Virus record (IMG/VR): IMGVR_UViG_3300037467_001931
Span: 1-64,000 of that record
Length of the DNA stretch: 64,000 nt
DNA from: a virus
Direction: 5' to 3' (one strand)
The notes under the pieces were generated by a model. The model did not search any database. It saw only the letters and a list, made by a program, of their open reading frames with translations, and had not been told where the DNA came from. Position numbers and translations under genes: made by a program. How positions within the stretch are numbered: the first letter of the stretch is position 1; the number at the start of each line of letters is the position of its first letter. Shown here in pieces: positions 60,932 to 64,000 of the stretch.

Positions 60932-61548
60932 TGTTAGAATTTTTAGACGAAGAAAAACTTTATAAGATTATTCCCAGGGCACCAGGGATTCCAGAATGGT
61001 TCGATTTAATTCAAGTTCATCTAGAACCTGCTTTCATCAATGTTCCAGAAAGAGTTGGGATGTTTTTGGCACAAACATCCCATGAGTCTAATGGGTTTAC
61101 TGTAATTGAAGAAAATCTTAATTACTCCGCTAATGGGTTGCTGAAGATATTTCGTAAATACTTCAATGCTGATTCTGCTGCTAGGTATCATAGAAGACCA
61201 CAAGATATTGCTAATATCGTATATGCGAATAGGATGGGTAATGGTCCAGAATCATCTGGTGATGGTTGGAAATTTCGTGGAAGAGGTTTAATTCAAGTCA
61301 CTGGAAGTAATAATTATCATGCATTCGCCTCCTTTCTTCAAATATCAATAGATGAATGTGTTGAATATATGGGAACAAAGGAAGGAGCTTTACATTCTGC
61401 AGTTTGGTATTGGAATGTAAACGGATTAAATAAAGTTGCAGATGCTGGTGATGTAGAAAGATCGACAAGAATTATCAATGGGGGATTAATAGGCATTGAA
61501 GAAAGAAAATCAGAATATAACAGAATAATGAGAATTCTGACTAAATAA
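60931..61548 (+). CDS. GH19 (chitinase-like) endolysin
   Basis: FLAQTSHESNGF and WKFRGRGLIQVTGSNNY motifs. The ATG overlaps the phoH TGA. Confidence 0.85.
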   Translation: MLEFLDEEKLYKIIPRAPGIPEWFDLIQVHLEPAFINVPERVGMFLAQTSHESNGFTVIEENLNYSANGLLKIFRKYFNADSAARYHRRPQDIANIVYANRMGNGPESSGDGWKFRGRGLIQVTGSNNYHAFASFLQISIDECVEYMGTKEGALHSAVWYWNVNGLNKVADAGDVERSTRIINGGLIGIEERKSEYNRIMRILTK

Positions 61549-61551
61549 GTA

Positions 61552-61580
61552 TTTACTTTAATTAAACAAAATATTATACT
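61552..61580 (+). promoter_or_regulatory. sigma70-like promoter TTTACT-N17-TATACT
   Basis: TTTACT 61552-57, TATACT 61575-80. Confidence 0.5.
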
Positions 61581-61646
61581 AATCTTAAATAAATGGTGAT
61601 AAATATCTAAAACAATTTTTAAATAATAAGTGAGAATAAAAATATT

Positions 61647-62156
61647 ATGATGTCACTGAATTTTGGGGAATATTCGGTTAGAATTAGTAACAATAGACCA
61701 GATCTTGTCAAAAAAAGATATGACGAAAGTGGGCTGAAAATAAAAGATTCAATAACTAGCAGTTCTTTAGTCATTGAATGTTTGAGAAACTCTAAAATAA
61801 TTGGATCAGTGACAGTTGATTTGGGTAACTATCAAGATTTTTTCGCATATGATAGTTACCCAGAAAAATTAAAAGAATTTCAAGAAAAAAACTCCAGGAT
61901 GGCTGAAATAACTAAATTGGCCATTGAACAAGGAGAAGAAACCAGAATGGTAATGGGCCTAATGTTCAATATGATCTATAGGCTATGCGTGATCAAAAAT
62001 GGGATTACCCATTTCATAGTAGAATGCAAAAAGAATCATGTTGCAGGTTATAAAAGATTATTGAAATTTGAATTGGCCGATGGGCCAAAGTATAATCCTA
62101 TTGCTCAAGGGGAGGCATGTCTATTGGTATTAGACATTAATAAAGTTACTAATTAG
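61647..62156 (+). CDS. GNAT-fold acyltransferase, FeeM/N-acyl amino acid synthase-like (paralog of 9672)
   Basis: AEITKLAIE...HFIVECKKNHVAGYKRLLKFE...ACLLVLD has the same motif order as ORF 9672 (CEITKFAVS...LIEVNPRHENYYKKTLGFE...GVLLLA). Confidence 0.4.
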   Translation: MMSLNFGEYSVRISNNRPDLVKKRYDESGLKIKDSITSSSLVIECLRNSKIIGSVTVDLGNYQDFFAYDSYPEKLKEFQEKNSRMAEITKLAIEQGEETRMVMGLMFNMIYRLCVIKNGITHFIVECKKNHVAGYKRLLKFELADGPKYNPIAQGEACLLVLDINKVTN

Positions 62157-62164
62157 GAGGAGAT

Positions 62165-62476
62165 ATGGAAATACACGTTGTTTATAATCCAAAGAGTTCT
62201 CAAGAATTTCTTGGGAAAATTGGAGTTGAAAAAATTATCTCTTCTAATAAAGAAAATCCAAAAAGTGTTTGGGTTTCCGTTAATAATCATTCTGATATAA
62301 CTGAATTTAGAAAGGCAGTTATTACTGGATTGATAGCTGCGCAACAAATAATTTTCTGGTGCAGTGGAATAAGATCATTTTTGGATAATTCTGGAAACTT
62401 TATTGATTCGGTTCCATGTGACTGCTTTGAATGGCAAATTAATCCTAATTGTATCCATAAAAATCCTTTACTTTAA
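62165..62476 (+). CDS. hypothetical protein
   Basis: 103-aa ORF with strong RBS TAGGAGGAGAT. Confidence 0.55.
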   Translation: MEIHVVYNPKSSQEFLGKIGVEKIISSNKENPKSVWVSVNNHSDITEFRKAVITGLIAAQQIIFWCSGIRSFLDNSGNFIDSVPCDCFEWQINPNCIHKNPLL

Positions 62477-62495
62477 ATAAAGATTCGTGTATAAT
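62467..62495 (+). promoter_or_regulatory. PeSL-type early promoter TTTACT-N17-TATAAT
   Basis: TTTACT 62467-72, TATAAT 62490-95. Leader TATTCCT (62496-502) pairs with AGGAATA (62521-27), covering the SD. Confidence 0.65.
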
Positions 62496-62533
62496 TATTC
62501 CTAGTTAAATTAATTACTTGAGGAATATTCATA

Positions 62534-62827
62534 ATGAATCATTATAAATTTCTTGAAGCGAATATCGAAACATTTTTCAAGAGTGTTGGTTTGGATAAAC
62601 ATCAACATATTGGATTGATTGTTGCGGCAGGTGATAAGTGTTATGGATATAAGAGCAAATGGGAAACTGCAGGAATTCCATTTGAACATGGTGTTATGTT
62701 ATATCTTTTAACTTACACTAATCTTTACGAGAAAGAAGTTAGAGAAACATCTGATGGATGGGTGGATGTATCTAAATGGGTTATAGATAATTATATGAGA
62801 TTTAAACCGCATCTAGATTTACTTTAG
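62534..62827 (+). CDS. hypothetical protein
   Basis: 97-aa ORF after the PeSL cassette. Confidence 0.5.
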   Translation: MNHYKFLEANIETFFKSVGLDKHQHIGLIVAAGDKCYGYKSKWETAGIPFEHGVMLYLLTYTNLYEKEVRETSDGWVDVSKWVIDNYMRFKPHLDLL

Positions 62828-62839
62828 GGAGTATATATT

Positions 62840-63100
62840 ATGAAAAAATTTGATCTTAGAGAATTCCAAGGGATGGATGGGCGTAACTTTATTCAAGATA
62901 ATGTTGAAAAGAAGATTGTTAAGCTTGATGAAGATGAACATGAATCTGACTCTATTGATTATGTAATAGCATTAGTGAAGAAACAATCCAACTCATACCG
63001 TGAAATGGATATCATGATGCAATACATAATTAAAGAATTGATTATCTTTCATAAGAATATCAAAAAATTGTCTGACGAGGAGGATGGTGTAAATGTTTAA
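62840..63100 (+). CDS. hypothetical protein
   Basis: 86-aa ORF with RBS TAGGGAG. Confidence 0.5.
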   Translation: MKKFDLREFQGMDGRNFIQDNVEKKIVKLDEDEHESDSIDYVIALVKKQSNSYREMDIMMQYIIKELIIFHKNIKKLSDEEDGVNV

Positions 63101-63401
63101 CGAAGAAAAAATTATCAATGGTATTCTTCATTGGAGAGGAGTTCCTGGTGGTGAATGGCATGCCTATTCTTTGGAACAATTGACCAGAAAGATCACCGAC
63201 ATGAAATCGTATTTTAATGAGCAAAATGAAGACTTAGATTACAACTACTTCAAAAGTGTTCTTAAATCAGATCGCATTGCAAGAATAATTGAAAGAAGTG
63301 TATCCAAAAATTCTGCGATTCATGATCTCATGATGGTTTATTGCTTGAATCATAATGAGGCAATCTTTATGTATGATCAACATTGTGGAGCAACATGCTA
63401 A
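63093..63401 (+). CDS. hypothetical protein
   Basis: 102-aa ORF that overlaps the upstream stop. Confidence 0.5.
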   Translation: MFNEEKIINGILHWRGVPGGEWHAYSLEQLTRKITDMKSYFNEQNEDLDYNYFKSVLKSDRIARIIERSVSKNSAIHDLMMVYCLNHNEAIFMYDQHCGATC

Positions 63402-63796
63402 TTCCTGCCAAGAAACTTGTAGTTACCGGAACAACAAAACATGATGTTCTGGTAAGTGCGGGATTGCGCCCTAATGGTAAGTTGAGTTACAAGTCAGCTC
63501 ATCTTTCATATATTCCTGCCAACAAAGAAAATTATTATGCATTTGTAAATTTCGAAAAGAGGAATACAAAAGTAAGAGTTTCCCATAAATACAATCAAGA
63601 AAGTAATGAATTAATTAAACAAAGGGAATTAATTAGTCCAGCTTATTGGGTTGGATATGTTTATTTCTTTGAAAAGTATGAATTAGATAATCAATATGAT
63701 ATTGAACTTATACAAGGGGACAGAACATTCAAAATCCGCGTAAAAGTTGCAATTTCCCTTCGATCTTTTAGTAAACTTTCTGGAGATATAAAATGA
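63395..63796 (+). CDS. hypothetical protein
   Basis: ATG 63395. The ORF track lists TTG 63383. Confidence 0.5.
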   Translation: MLIPAKKLVVTGTTKHDVLVSAGLRPNGKLSYKSAHLSYIPANKENYYAFVNFEKRNTKVRVSHKYNQESNELIKQRELISPAYWVGYVYFFEKYELDNQYDIELIQGDRTFKIRVKVAISLRSFSKLSGDIK

Positions 63797-64000
63797 GATC
63801 ACCACAAGTTAAAAACGTTGTTTCTGCAGCAGAAGAACGTTTATACACTGATTTGATGGTTCTAAAATCAGCAGCTGGATATTATATTGGAACTTTATAT
63901 AATAATCCAGATGGATATCAAGAACCAGGATCAAGAGATAGTGAGTATTTCCCAACAAAAGAACGCGCAGATGAAGCATTAAAAAATTGTTCTTGGTATC
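63793..64000 (+). CDS. hypothetical protein, 3' end outside the window
   Basis: ATGA overlap with the upstream ORF. The frame is open to the window end (MRSPQVKNVVSAAEERLYTDLMVLKSAAGYYIGTLYNNPDGYQEPGSRDSEYF...). Confidence 0.5.
   Translation, partial: MRSPQVKNVVSAAEERLYTDLMVLKSAAGYYIGTLYNNPDGYQEPGSRDSEYFPTKERADEALKNCSWY

Noticed and set aside
1-64000. CRISPR arrays, integrase/att sites, transposases, rRNA genes and additional tRNAs.
   Set aside because: I saw no regularly spaced direct repeats, no tyrosine or serine recombinase or DDE motifs, and no rRNA-like segments. The only tRNA-like T-arm (GGTTCGATTCC) is in the tRNA-Gln.

Overview
Visibly AT-rich, densely packed fragment of a T4-like (myovirus-type) marine phage genome. 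It carries the T4 core morphogenesis and replication modules. In order: gp22-gp23, a minus-strand accessory block, then uvsY, uvsW, gp55, gp47, gp46, gp45, gp44, gp62, regA, DNA ligase, gp43, uvsX, gp41, mazG, dCMP deaminase, gp61, thyX, nrdB, nrdA, rnh, phoH and a GH19 endolysin. There is one tRNA-Gln(UUG). I saw no rRNA, CRISPR array, integrase or transposase. Two repeated promoter architectures punctuate the window. One is TTTACT-N17-TATAAT, usually with a leader hairpin that pairs with the Shine-Dalgarno. The other is an A-tract followed by ATTATAC-N17-GTATAAT. The most unusual content is a run of translationally coupled accessory genes at about 34.7-42.8 kb. It contains a TET/JBP-like dioxygenase, a GT-B glycosyltransferase and an unknown 365-aa protein. 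After a promoter-driven tRNA-Gln come a clear myo-inositol-1-phosphate synthase, a HAD phosphatase, a PNK-type P-loop kinase and dCMP deaminase. I read this run as a candidate, not previously characterised nucleic-acid modification or repair system. Other notable items:
- a Nampt-like/Prs-like pair (NARP1-type NAD+ reconstitution) next to an RNA ligase
- two FeeM-like N-acyl amino acid synthase paralogs
- an ORF-free, GC-enriched, hairpin-dense 0.4-kb island after uvsW
- an internal PEP-CTERM-like sorting signal
- a large protein with an embedded HicA domain and AT-hook, next to a Pol-beta nucleotidyltransferase-domain protein
- a proteasome-like Ntn hydrolase inside the clamp-loader operon
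- a reverse-strand GIY-YIG endonuclease after nrdA
All functional calls come from motif and colinearity recognition by eye. No database search was run.
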